Shown here piece by piece: positions 53,203-62,898 of a DNA stretch of 64,000 nt. The number at the start of each line of letters is the position of its first letter. Position 1 is the first letter of the stretch. A model generated the notes under the pieces. The model did no database searches and had not been told where the DNA came from. It saw only the letters and a list, made by a program, of their open reading frames with translations. Source of the DNA: a virus; IMG/VR virus record IMGVR_UViG_3300031541_000012, positions 1 through 64,000 of that record; one strand, given 5' to 3'. The position numbers were made by a program, and so were the translations under genes.

Positions 53203-53220
53203 TCTATTAAGGAGAAAACA

Positions 53221-53817
53221 ATGGGTAGACCTATTAACAAACGCTTTATTGGTGATAATCCAGGAAGCATCAAAGTTTCACATCACTTCCGTGTTGGTGA
53301 AAGTGAAGTAGCAGGTGGCGATGACACATACATCGTTAGCCAGCGCTCAAATACAAAATTCCTAATTTCAGACACATCAGAAGGCTGGAGCGAAGTTCTC
53401 GTGCTAGCTGACAAAGATGCAGGCTCACTTGCAGAAGGCGAGTTCCGCATTGCAGCAACTGATGAACTAGGTGCAGACGTAAACGCAATCCGCCTTTATA
53501 ACCGTACAATACGTGTCACAGGTCCTAAGAAGGTTAAGTGGAGCATTGATGCACCTGAGTCACAGGCAATCACAGGCATCACCCAAGCTGATCCAGCAGT
53601 TGTTACAGTTGCAGACACATCAGTTTACAATGACGGCGACACTGTTACAATCAGTGGTGTTGTTGGTATGACTGAGATCAACGGCCTCAGCAGCACAATT
53701 ACCATTCTTAATGCAACAACCTTTGAGCTCGACACAATTGACTCAACAGGCTTTACTGCATACACAAGCGGCGGTACAGTAAGTGTTGGCGGAAGCATTG
53801 ACGACCAAGACGCATAA
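53221..53817 (+). CDS. late structural protein with C-terminal E1-FCCH-like beta domain
   Basis: MGRPINKRF N-terminus; ITGITQADPAVVT...GDTVTISGVVGMTEING. Confidence 0.7.
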   Translation: MGRPINKRFIGDNPGSIKVSHHFRVGESEVAGGDDTYIVSQRSNTKFLISDTSEGWSEVLVLADKDAGSLAEGEFRIAATDELGADVNAIRLYNRTIRVTGPKKVKWSIDAPESQAITGITQADPAVVTVADTSVYNDGDTVTISGVVGMTEINGLSSTITILNATTFELDTIDSTGFTAYTSGGTVSVGGSIDDQDA

Positions 53818-53839
53818 GTCACCCCTCTACACTCTAGAG

Positions 53840-53885
53840 ATGAAAACCCTGTCGCTGCTAAATATAATAAAGGCAGGGTTTTCAT
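53840..53885 (+). promoter_or_regulatory. late promoter inside 12-bp hairpin abutting start codon
   Basis: ATGAAAACCCTG/CAGGGTTTTCAT around TAAATA 53859. Confidence 0.75.
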
Positions 53886-55478
53886 ATGACAATCACCAAA
53901 GCACAACTCAATAATCTTGAGCAAGCAGCTGACAAAGTATTTGGCAAACTAGGACTCGATATTGAGTTTACACGACATTTCCTTGACAGAGCAAACGACG
54001 AACGCAACAGCAAGCCGATCACAATCAAAGAGCTGGCTGAATTATTCGTAAAAGAGTACAGGCGTTGGGGCAACAAAATCGCAAAGATGGACTTTGACGC
54101 CGAAGCAGTCATGAAAGACCTCACTAGCCAGATTAACATTCCATTTGTTATCAATCCAGATGGCAACGGAAAAGACCTAGTAGCGAAAACAGTTATGCGT
54201 AAAAAGAATTTCACATCACCAGATCCAACACTTCCAGTAGAAAGTGTAACCGAATCACGTGACTTGTGGTACTTACTAGTTGACGGCGATGAATACAATG
54301 AGTGGGGCACTGGTTCAGTGATTGGCACTAAAAACGAAATGGGTAAATTTGCTAAAAAAATTCGACGAGAATACAGAAAAGAAAATGGACGTGATCCAGA
54401 TATTATGTTTGTACGAGCAGAGCCAAAACGAATTAAAAAACTACGACCGCATAAAAGCGTCAATGAAGAAGGACACGATAAAAACCTTTACTATGTTCAA
54501 CCAGATGGCGAATGGAAAAAGGGTGGCGATGGTCGTTCAAAAGGCCGCAAGCGCAAGAACATTCCCAAGGGAGCAAAAATCGTGGAAAGGAAAGTAAAAG
54601 AAGACAGCGTTTGCTGGGATGGATACGAAAAGGTACCAGGCAAGAAGGACTACGAAAAAGGTAGTTGCCGCAAAAAGAACAAAAACGAAAATAGTTATCC
54701 CAAACCTATTTCAGGGAGAGATATTACAGACTCTGTAACCCAAGCAAATGTAAAAGTTCTTGGGCAAAGCGTCAAAGAAGAAAAGCATGGTGCGAAAAAA
54801 GGCACACAAGCTAAAGGCAAATCACCTACACCAAAGAAAAGCCGTCCAACAGCAGGTAGTGAAACACCACACCCAATGCGTGGTAAGCTAGTTGGCGAAA
54901 ATGCAAAGCTAACTGAGCGCTGGAAGCATAATATCTGGGGCGGTGAGACGGCAGACGGTGTTAAATTTAAGGTTGATAAACTTCAAGGTAAAAATCCGCG
55001 TTATCTTGTTCGCTACAATAATGATGATAAGGCAGAGTTTGACAATCTTATGGTTTATTACGATGATTTTGACACCGTAATGGACATTGTCAACCAAAAC
55101 TTTGATGCTGCCGTTGCTGGTGGTGAAAAGTTCCGTCGCACTGGACGCACAGCACACAAAGGCAGCTATGAATTCATTAAGCCCGTCCGTGAATCACTTA
55201 CTCTTGAAGAACAATGCCTACTGCAAAAAGGTGCATGGGAAGTAGAGCAGATCCGTAACTCAGTAACCGAAGCAATTCGTGATCCACGTGAACTTATCCT
55301 TCAAAAGGCATTGGAATATTTAGACAAGATGGTCGCAAGCCGTGGCAGCAAGCAAGACGTTGGCGGTTATGCATTTGACATTGCCCGCAGTTTTGACCTA
55401 CGTGATATTGCAACTGCAAAAGAGCTAGCCGACATGTACCATGAATGGAAGGGCATCAAGCCCCATGCGCTACGCTGA
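53886..55478 (+). CDS. modular lysine-rich protein, putative internal head polyprotein
   Basis: modules separated by SVTE, SVNE, KVKE, SVKE, KLTE, PVRE; N-terminal FTRHFLDR module. Confidence 0.6.
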   Translation: MTITKAQLNNLEQAADKVFGKLGLDIEFTRHFLDRANDERNSKPITIKELAELFVKEYRRWGNKIAKMDFDAEAVMKDLTSQINIPFVINPDGNGKDLVAKTVMRKKNFTSPDPTLPVESVTESRDLWYLLVDGDEYNEWGTGSVIGTKNEMGKFAKKIRREYRKENGRDPDIMFVRAEPKRIKKLRPHKSVNEEGHDKNLYYVQPDGEWKKGGDGRSKGRKRKNIPKGAKIVERKVKEDSVCWDGYEKVPGKKDYEKGSCRKKNKNENSYPKPISGRDITDSVTQANVKVLGQSVKEEKHGAKKGTQAKGKSPTPKKSRPTAGSETPHPMRGKLVGENAKLTERWKHNIWGGETADGVKFKVDKLQGKNPRYLVRYNNDDKAEFDNLMVYYDDFDTVMDIVNQNFDAAVAGGEKFRRTGRTAHKGSYEFIKPVRESLTLEEQCLLQKGAWEVEQIRNSVTEAIRDPRELILQKALEYLDKMVASRGSKQDVGGYAFDIARSFDLRDIATAKELADMYHEWKGIKPHALR

Positions 55479-55665
55479 TCTAATAGAAAATTTCAAGGAC
55501 GACAAAGTTAAAGGCAATAGCCGTCCAGGCAGAGCAAAACGCGCTGGTGTTAATTGCTCTAAGAGTGTGAGTGCTCTACGTAAACAAGCAAGCAACAGTT
55601 CAGGCGAAAAGCAGAAGATGGCACATTGGTGTGCAAATATGAAAAGCGGTAAGAAAAAGAAATGA
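55465..55665 (+). CDS. small basic putative internal head protein
   Basis: MRYADLIE N-terminus. Confidence 0.65.
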   Translation: MRYADLIENFKDDKVKGNSRPGRAKRAGVNCSKSVSALRKQASNSSGEKQKMAHWCANMKSGKKKK

Positions 55666-56504
55666 AAGTTCGTGATATCGTTAATGAAATGCGAGCAAAT
55701 ACTTCGCCACTTAGCAAACGCCTAACCCATGATGTAGGCGATTTGTATGGCGTTATCAAGCAAATTGCTAGCGGTGATATCAGCCGTTATCTCAAGCGCA
55801 TTGATCCAACACAGGTCAAAGCATCACAAAGTTGGCTAGACGACTTTGGTGGCGGTGATCCAGTATTCCATGATGTACCTGAAGAATTTTGGGAGTATCC
55901 TATCATAGCGGATCTAGGTGATGAAATGGTAATTATTGACGGACATCACCGTATAGACCGCGGTTCTGACCAAGCACTGGTATTCCCTGTCCAACTTGCT
56001 GAAAATACAGAAATACAAAAGCCTCATCCAGACGACACACTAGGCGTAGAGCGCAAGCACATGCCACAAGTGCATCGTGACCATTACCCAGAACTTATCA
56101 AATACCTCGAAGACCATGGCAACAAATTTAGCCACGGCGAAATGCATGCCAAAGAACTCCGTGCTACACAAAAGGAGTTCAGTGATAAAGGCGTGCGTAA
56201 GATGATGAAAACAGGCGGGCGTCCAAGTGACAGTGCTGGTAAAGCATCCAAGCCACTCATCGTCAGTAGCGACAACTATATCCTTGATGGTCATCATCGT
56301 TGGCTAGCAGCCTGGAATCAAGATGATGTTGTGCCAGTTATGAAAGGCACATTGCCTATCAAGAAACTATTTCAGTTGGTGAACGATTTCGAACACACAA
56401 CGTATAAGGACATACATGAGGAGGTAAGTTCAAATGAAAAAGAAGTTGGAAGAAGAAGACATCCTAGCAACAGAAGGGCCAATGAACGCCGTAGCAATGG
56501 ATGA
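55662..56504 (+). CDS. tandem ParB/Srx-like domain protein, putative internal head protein
   Basis: MKVRDIVNE; IIDGHHR and ILDGHHRW. Confidence 0.7.
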   Translation: MKVRDIVNEMRANTSPLSKRLTHDVGDLYGVIKQIASGDISRYLKRIDPTQVKASQSWLDDFGGGDPVFHDVPEEFWEYPIIADLGDEMVIIDGHHRIDRGSDQALVFPVQLAENTEIQKPHPDDTLGVERKHMPQVHRDHYPELIKYLEDHGNKFSHGEMHAKELRATQKEFSDKGVRKMMKTGGRPSDSAGKASKPLIVSSDNYILDGHHRWLAAWNQDDVVPVMKGTLPIKKLFQLVNDFEHTTYKDIHEEVSSNEKEVGRRRHPSNRRANERRSNG

Positions 56505-57158
56505 TGCGCGAGCATACCTAGGGCTTGAAAATCGAACACACCTCACACCAGTAGAAGAAAAGCAGCTAAGAGCTAAAAAGAAAAAGATAGTAACAGCGTC
56601 GAAAAAGATGGATCGCCGTGTAAACCGCGAATTGACACGCCGCGCAGACCGCTTGGAGTAATAAATACCAATATGAAAATCCAGGATATCATAACAGAAA
56701 CCTCAGCAGGAAGCATTGGCGCAGTTGCAGCACCACTTGGTAGTGGTGATCCTGCCGCAAGCATTTACGGCAAGAAGAAAAAGAAAAAGAAAACCGAGAT
56801 GATCAAACGTTCCGCTACCAATGAAGATGTATTTTTGCCATTTATAGGCGGATCGATTGTATTCTCTCTTATTCTACTATACATTGCTACCTCAGGGGCC
56901 TGGCAGTGGTATAAAAAGAACAAATACAAATCTGAAGTTAAAAGAACAATTAAAAGAGTCATCGAAGAAATTAAAACAGATCCTAAAAAGCGTGAAATAC
57001 TCGATGATCTTCAACACAATTACATAAAAAACGGAAGATTCCGTCCTGGTATGAAAAATGCAGGACTCAAGAAAATTCACGACCTATTAGATGGGCAACC
57101 ACAAGACATGATTCAGCAAATGGTGTCATCTATCAAAACAACAAGAACGGAGAAATGA
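56434..57158 (+). CDS. two late proteins (56434-56661; 56673-57158 with MKIQDIITE leader and TM)
   Basis: TAAATA 56662. Confidence 0.65.
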
Positions 57159-58315
57159 CGATGGTCAGAGTAGTAACTAATCGTTATCAAAGAGTACATG
57201 GCAAAAAGCCACGCGGGACTGGACAGTGGATGTTCACATCCAACGAATATGGTGACATTGACTTTAACGATGACACGACATTCTTCCAGGCACCGGTCAG
57301 CCTACCACTAGCAAAAGCAGCGGCTCACGCTAAGCGTTGGGGCAAAGAAAACGGACACACGGCTATTTACGTTGCTGAAGAAGGATTGAATGAAATCCAC
57401 TACGGTACAGAAGATGAATGGAAAGCAAAAGTGAAAAAGACAGCAGACGCAGCACGCAAGGGCATGACTAAGAATCACGAAAAGCGTAAGGCGGCAATGG
57501 GAGAAGATAAGAAACCATTAGGCGGCAAGTTTAAAGTTGGACAGCGTGTTCTACCAAGCAAGAGCAGTCAAAAAGTAATGACTATCACAGGGTTTGACCG
57601 TGTTAAATATATGGGCAAGATGAAAACATTTGCTGATGGTAAGGACGATCAAGGTCGCAACATGCGTCGTCCACTAAGCACACTTGTCGCTATTAACGAA
57701 TCCAAGCAGCTAACAGAAGGCGTGCTAGACGAAATGGATGATGACGGCTTCATGGCAAAGCGTCAACTATACGATCTAGCAAAGTATTCAATCCAGCTAC
57801 ATAAGATGATTCAAGACTCAGACAACTTAGAACCTTGGGTGCAAGCAAAGATTACAAAAGCAGCAGACTATATTGACACAGTCAAGCACTACCTAGAATA
57901 TCAGGATGTACGTAGCGATGAAGCACATGCGGATTTTGGCGACATAGATGACCTAGCGCCAGCAGTTGATGCTATGGCTCCAGACATGCCAGTTGAACAG
58001 GAAATGATGGAATTCCAAGATGAAGGATTTTCAGGCGATGACTTGTTACAACATGCAGTGTTGCGCGGCATTGTTGGTCCTGATGCTGTTCATGATCCTG
58101 CAATGCAGGGCGTTGCAGATGACACAGCAGAGTGGTATTTTGCTGACGCTGAAGAAATTGGTAGCAGCGATATCTCAATTGCACTCAAGTCATTTGCACG
58201 TGATTGTGTTGCACAGGGTTGCAATCTAAACGGCGCTAATGCAGAACGTTATGTGACAGAAGTAAAGGCTGCAAACATCTATAGCCAGATGATGAAGCCA
58301 TTGAAAGGCAAGTAA
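57155..58315 (+). CDS. modular protein, putative internal head polyprotein
   Basis: GLNE, AMGE, AINE, QLTE junctions; LEPWVQAKITKAADY module. Confidence 0.6.
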   Translation: MTMVRVVTNRYQRVHGKKPRGTGQWMFTSNEYGDIDFNDDTTFFQAPVSLPLAKAAAHAKRWGKENGHTAIYVAEEGLNEIHYGTEDEWKAKVKKTADAARKGMTKNHEKRKAAMGEDKKPLGGKFKVGQRVLPSKSSQKVMTITGFDRVKYMGKMKTFADGKDDQGRNMRRPLSTLVAINESKQLTEGVLDEMDDDGFMAKRQLYDLAKYSIQLHKMIQDSDNLEPWVQAKITKAADYIDTVKHYLEYQDVRSDEAHADFGDIDDLAPAVDAMAPDMPVEQEMMEFQDEGFSGDDLLQHAVLRGIVGPDAVHDPAMQGVADDTAEWYFADAEEIGSSDISIALKSFARDCVAQGCNLNGANAERYVTEVKAANIYSQMMKPLKGK

Positions 58316-58316
58316 T

Positions 58317-60446
58317 ATGAAGATCAGGGACGTAAAAGGCAAAGTAAAAGAAGGACGGGAGAGACTTCCAGATATTGATCGTGAGCATCAGAAAAAGGTC
58401 AAAGAAGGCTTTTGGAGTGGTGGCAAGTATCACACAATGGGCACAGCATATTATTTGATTGTTCCGCGTACAGATGGCCGCCTTGATATGTCACAATGGT
58501 CAGTAATGTCATATGAAGACACACCTGGTAGCAATCCACTGCACCTCAGCAAGATGCTAGACAAACACAGTGAATCACTTGGCTGGGATGGCTGGGACGT
58601 ACAGGCATCATGGAATGGTGACATTGACCAAGAGATTGCTCGGTTAGAAAAGCAGCGTGATGATTATGCGGATAAGAAAGATTCTTTCCCAACACAGTAT
58701 TATGATGGTCTAAACGGTGCTAAAAAGCTACACCAGGCTAAAGAAATCATGCAGACAGCAGACGAAGCCAAGCCTGACAAAGTTGAAGAAGCAAGTAGCC
58801 CAATGGGTGTCATCAATAAGTTCTTGGATAAAAAGAAATCTAAAGAACGTCGCAGTGCAGACCTAGCAAAGAACCCACACAAAGTTGGACAACTCAAGAG
58901 CGATGAAGTGGAATTCCAACGCGACCTAGAAGCAGTACGCAACGGTGAAGCTGATGCAAGCGAAATGGCAGAGAAGTGGGGACCGCGTGGTGGCGCATTC
59001 CTTAATTTTATCAAGACAGATACGGTTGATGAAAATATCAAAGGCTGGAAGAACGCTGCAAATGACATCGCAAAGCATCGTGCGAAAAAAGGTAAAAACG
59101 TTAAACTAGTCAGGCTCAAGAAGGACGGCAGTGAATGGATATTTGATCCAATCACAAAGAAAACAACAGTTAAAGAAGCTATGCCAAATATGGGCAAGAA
59201 GGTCATCATTGCATACAAAGGCAAAAAAGTTGGCGAATTTGCTGTTCAGCCTAATGCTCGTGTACACCACTTTGATCAAGAGCTTCGCAAACTAAGCGGA
59301 CGTATTGACATGAGTGATTTTGAGCGTACTCAGGTAGCACGTGACCTAGCAGCAGGCAAGACAGTTAAACTACCAAGCGGATACGCAATGCAGCAACAAG
59401 ATACTCGTCCGCGTGAAATGGAAAGCGTACAAGAAGACGGACGCGAAACAGCTAGTGCCGCAGTAAAGCGCAGTGAAAAGGCACGTCAGCGCAACATCAA
59501 CAAGGCAAAGAGCATGATGAAGCGTGGGTTTGATGCTGAAACCGCAGCCAAGGAGCACGGTGTTCGTGCTAAGGATCTCGAAGAGTCTACAGGCAGCTTT
59601 AAGGTAGGCGATGTTGTTATCCCTAACCGTGGTCCGCACAAGGGACAAAAGCACGAAGTGATCCATTGCTTTGATGATGGTAGCTGCAACGTTAAGCCAA
59701 TTGGATTGTCACCCAACCGTATCCGTTACGGAATGGGTGCAGCCAAAGCACAGCCTGAAGATTTACAACTTGCAGAAGCTAGCTGGCCAACACAGGCAGA
59801 CAATACGCCAGACCACACACCAACAAATAGCCCAACGGTTTCAACCAGCTCACATAATGATCGTGTGTTCCGTATTGCTGACCTTAGACTTGAATACAAA
59901 AAGCTAACAGGTAAATCCGCACCACGTGATCCTAGTCTCGATGTTGAAGACTACGAAAAGATGGTTGCTGATGCTCGCGAAGCACTTGGCGAAAATGGCA
60001 AAGGACTGTACCACAATGTTAACAAGCGCAAGAAGACAGGAACCAGCCGTCCAAAAAGCCATCCAAAAGCACCAACTGATAAGGCGTGGAAGGATGCAGC
60101 TAAAACAGCAAAAGAGTCAACAGAAATTACTCTAGAAGACACACAAGACTTCCACGAAGAGTTTGGTTACTTAGGCTACAGCCTAGACGAAAACGACTTG
60201 TTTGAAGCTGATTACCAGGGACGCAAGGTCAAGCTTAACAAGCCAATGGCTGGTGACGTTAAGAAGTTCAAAGTTTACGTTAAAGATCCAAAGACAGGCA
60301 ATGTCAAGAAAGTCAACTTTGGCCAAAAGGGTGTCAAGATCAAGAAGAACAACCCAGAGCGTCGTAAGAGTTTCCGTGCTCGTCACAACTGCGACAACCC
60401 AGGGCCAAAGACCAAAGCACGTTACTGGTCATGCAGAAAGTGGTAA
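58317..60446 (+). CDS. 709-aa modular lysine-rich putative internal head polyprotein
   Basis: MKIRDV leader; about 11 [VL]-x-E junctions; C-terminal YQGRKVKLNKP...YWSCRKW module. Confidence 0.65.
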   Translation: MKIRDVKGKVKEGRERLPDIDREHQKKVKEGFWSGGKYHTMGTAYYLIVPRTDGRLDMSQWSVMSYEDTPGSNPLHLSKMLDKHSESLGWDGWDVQASWNGDIDQEIARLEKQRDDYADKKDSFPTQYYDGLNGAKKLHQAKEIMQTADEAKPDKVEEASSPMGVINKFLDKKKSKERRSADLAKNPHKVGQLKSDEVEFQRDLEAVRNGEADASEMAEKWGPRGGAFLNFIKTDTVDENIKGWKNAANDIAKHRAKKGKNVKLVRLKKDGSEWIFDPITKKTTVKEAMPNMGKKVIIAYKGKKVGEFAVQPNARVHHFDQELRKLSGRIDMSDFERTQVARDLAAGKTVKLPSGYAMQQQDTRPREMESVQEDGRETASAAVKRSEKARQRNINKAKSMMKRGFDAETAAKEHGVRAKDLEESTGSFKVGDVVIPNRGPHKGQKHEVIHCFDDGSCNVKPIGLSPNRIRYGMGAAKAQPEDLQLAEASWPTQADNTPDHTPTNSPTVSTSSHNDRVFRIADLRLEYKKLTGKSAPRDPSLDVEDYEKMVADAREALGENGKGLYHNVNKRKKTGTSRPKSHPKAPTDKAWKDAAKTAKESTEITLEDTQDFHEEFGYLGYSLDENDLFEADYQGRKVKLNKPMAGDVKKFKVYVKDPKTGNVKKVNFGQKGVKIKKNNPERRKSFRARHNCDNPGPKTKARYWSCRKW

Positions 60447-60449
60447 AGA

Positions 60450-60776
60450 ATGCAGTTAACTGAGATCAAGGAAAAGATCCGTAACACTCGTATGCCACGC
60501 CGCATATATGATGAAGTTATGGCTCAAGAAGTTGACACAGTTGGAAAAGACAGTCAACAAGAAAAGCACCAGCTGGCAGATCAGATGCTACGTGGCCAGC
60601 CAAGCGGAGCCATTGTTAAGGTTCCGCTTACAAAGGAAGTACAGAGCTATTTGCTTTACAAATCACTTCCAAACATGATTGACATTGCTAAAGACAATAT
60701 GAATCGTCGACTAGTAAATAGTTTACAGAAGTTCCAGGCACGTTTACATGCCAAGTTGGTAGGAGTTGAAAAGTAA
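60450..60776 (+). CDS. putative internal head protein
   Basis: MQLTEIKE N-terminus. Confidence 0.6.
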   Translation: MQLTEIKEKIRNTRMPRRIYDEVMAQEVDTVGKDSQQEKHQLADQMLRGQPSGAIVKVPLTKEVQSYLLYKSLPNMIDIAKDNMNRRLVNSLQKFQARLHAKLVGVEK

Positions 60777-61399
60777 TGTTAATTGAAGACATCATTAATG
60801 AAGGACCAGGTGACGGGCTGCCAAAGGTCGTCCTGTATCCAGGTCGTTTTCAGCCACCACACATTGGACACATGAAAGCATGGAAACATCTTAAAGGTGA
60901 ATTTGGCGATGCTAAAATTGTCACCAGTGATAAGGTAGATCCGCCACGCAGCCCATTCAACTTCCAGGAAAAGAAAGCACTGCTAAAACATGCAGGTGTT
61001 CCTGAAAATGCTATTGTGCAAGTTAAAAACCCATACCTTGCAAACGAGATTGTCGATAAAATGGAAAAGGAACAGTTTGTGCTGATTTTTGCAATAAGTG
61101 AAAAGGACATGGACGAAGATCCACGCTTTACATTTAAACCAAAGAAGGACGGGAGCCCAAACTACTTCCAGCCATACAAGCAGAATAGAGGCAAACTAGA
61201 GCCTGCAAGCAAACACGGATATATCACAACCGTTCCTACGTTCCCGTTCAATGTCGCAGGTGAGCCAATGCGTAGTGCTACTGAGTTCCGTGCCAATTTT
61301 GCTAAGGCTGATGAACAAAAGCAAGCGCAAATGATCAAGGACCTATATGGCAAGTATAGCGATAAGGTACACGCGCTATTGGCAGACAAAATTGTCTAA
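60776..61399 (+). CDS. HIGH-family nucleotidyl/cytidylyltransferase with capsid-targeting-like leader
   Basis: MLIEDIINE; YPGRFQPPHIGH, PF.F.EK, SATEFR. Confidence 0.8.
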   Translation: MLIEDIINEGPGDGLPKVVLYPGRFQPPHIGHMKAWKHLKGEFGDAKIVTSDKVDPPRSPFNFQEKKALLKHAGVPENAIVQVKNPYLANEIVDKMEKEQFVLIFAISEKDMDEDPRFTFKPKKDGSPNYFQPYKQNRGKLEPASKHGYITTVPTFPFNVAGEPMRSATEFRANFAKADEQKQAQMIKDLYGKYSDKVHALLADKIV

Positions 61400-62057
61400 C
61401 GGAGTCGTATACGACTGCGACGCTTGGAATAGATATCCCCGACATCGTTGGTTATTCAACAAACTGGACCTGAGCCTTAAACTAGGCTATGCAGCAGGAC
61501 CAGGAGGTACCAGTGTGCCTAGTGATGGCGACTATATTGTACGCCCTATAATGAACCTCAGCGGCATGGGCGTAGGAGCAACACGCCAACAATTGAAGCG
61601 CAATGACTATAAAACCGTGCCGCCAGGTTATTTTTGGTCTGAATTCTTCCACGGTCCTAATGTATCAGTTGATTATGAATGGGTTGTTGAGGGCAGTAAA
61701 AACATGCTCAAGCCAGTGTTCGCAGCAGAAGGATATCGTACCAGCAGTGATCTATATCGCTTTAATGGTTGGAAACGCATTGATCCTCCTTATTGGGACT
61801 TGCCTGAATGGATTAAAGAGCTACATGACGTGCCACGTTTCAACATAGAGTTTGTATACGACAAAATAATTGAGATACACCTACGTCCAGGTAATGACTT
61901 CCCAGACGGTGCGACACAGATCATTCCAATTTGGAGCGACATGAGCGGACATGACATAGACAGATTTATACGCGCAGGTTACACACAAGTTACAAATTTC
62001 GATGATGCTGACGGTCACCTTAAAGAAGTTAAACGCCTAGGCTTTCTTTGGAAATAG
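61392..62057 (+). CDS. ATP-grasp-like phage protein
   Basis: NKL.LS.KLGY..GP.G, YIVRP..NL.GMG, F.G..VSVDY, IIEIHLR. Confidence 0.5.
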   Translation: MSNGVVYDCDAWNRYPRHRWLFNKLDLSLKLGYAAGPGGTSVPSDGDYIVRPIMNLSGMGVGATRQQLKRNDYKTVPPGYFWSEFFHGPNVSVDYEWVVEGSKNMLKPVFAAEGYRTSSDLYRFNGWKRIDPPYWDLPEWIKELHDVPRFNIEFVYDKIIEIHLRPGNDFPDGATQIIPIWSDMSGHDIDRFIRAGYTQVTNFDDADGHLKEVKRLGFLWK

Positions 62058-62099
62058 CTGATTTTCCAATAAATACGTATGTTATAGAGGAGAACCAGC
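62057..62099 (+). promoter_or_regulatory. late promoter inside hairpin that sequesters the endolysin SD
   Basis: GCTGATTTTCC/GGAGAACCAGC around TAAATA 62070. Confidence 0.7.
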
Positions 62100-62100
62100 A

Positions 62101-62898
62101 ATGGCAGTCATCAAAAACCATCGCCTAGAAGGCGCACCATATGTTGCATCACCAAACAAAGGTGGCAAGATTACCCCTAAGTTCATCGTGCAGCATTACA
62201 CAGCAGGTTACACAGCACAGTCAGCAATCAACACACTCACCCGCAAGGGCAGTGGCGTAAGTGCTCACGTTACTGTGGACCTAGACGGAACAATTACACA
62301 ACACGTACCATTCAACGTAAAGGCTTGGCATGCCGGACCAAGCACATGGATGGGCTACAGCGGACTCAACAGCCACAGTATTGGTATTGAGATTGTAAAC
62401 ATTGGCTGGCTTCGTCCAGCAGGCAACGGTATGTACCAGGATGCATATGGTAACACTCGTACAGACTCAGACTTCCCTAACGGCTTCGTTATGGCACGTA
62501 ATAGTCGCGTTGGCAGCGGCACATTTGCTTGGCCACGTTACCCACAAGCACAGCTAGAGGCAGTAGACGTGCTGACAGAGGCTCTCTGCAACAAATATGC
62601 AATCATGGACATCGTTAGCCATGAACAGATTGACACACGTGGTTGGAAAGTTGATCCAGGTCCGGCGTTCCCAATGAACTTGGTTAAGCGTCACCTTACA
62701 AGCGACCGTGGAGACGATGATGAGAAGTGGGAAGTCACAGCTAGCAGCCTACGTGTTCGCGGCGGCCCTGGCACACACTTCGAAACACTGGGCAGCCTTT
62801 CACGCGGCACTATGGTCAATGTTATTGCTCGCAGCGGTGACTGGGGTCAAATTGACGCAGAAGGTTGGGTACACGCTGGCTACCTACGTCGCGTTTGA
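62101..62898 (+). CDS. endolysin: N-acetylmuramoyl-L-alanine amidase (Amidase_2) plus SH3b
   Basis: IVQHYTAG, SAH, AWHAG, SIGIE, H....R..DPGP.F; L.VR.GPG...WVH..YL. Confidence 0.92.
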   Translation: MAVIKNHRLEGAPYVASPNKGGKITPKFIVQHYTAGYTAQSAINTLTRKGSGVSAHVTVDLDGTITQHVPFNVKAWHAGPSTWMGYSGLNSHSIGIEIVNIGWLRPAGNGMYQDAYGNTRTDSDFPNGFVMARNSRVGSGTFAWPRYPQAQLEAVDVLTEALCNKYAIMDIVSHEQIDTRGWKVDPGPAFPMNLVKRHLTSDRGDDDEKWEVTASSLRVRGGPGTHFETLGSLSRGTMVNVIARSGDWGQIDAEGWVHAGYLRRV

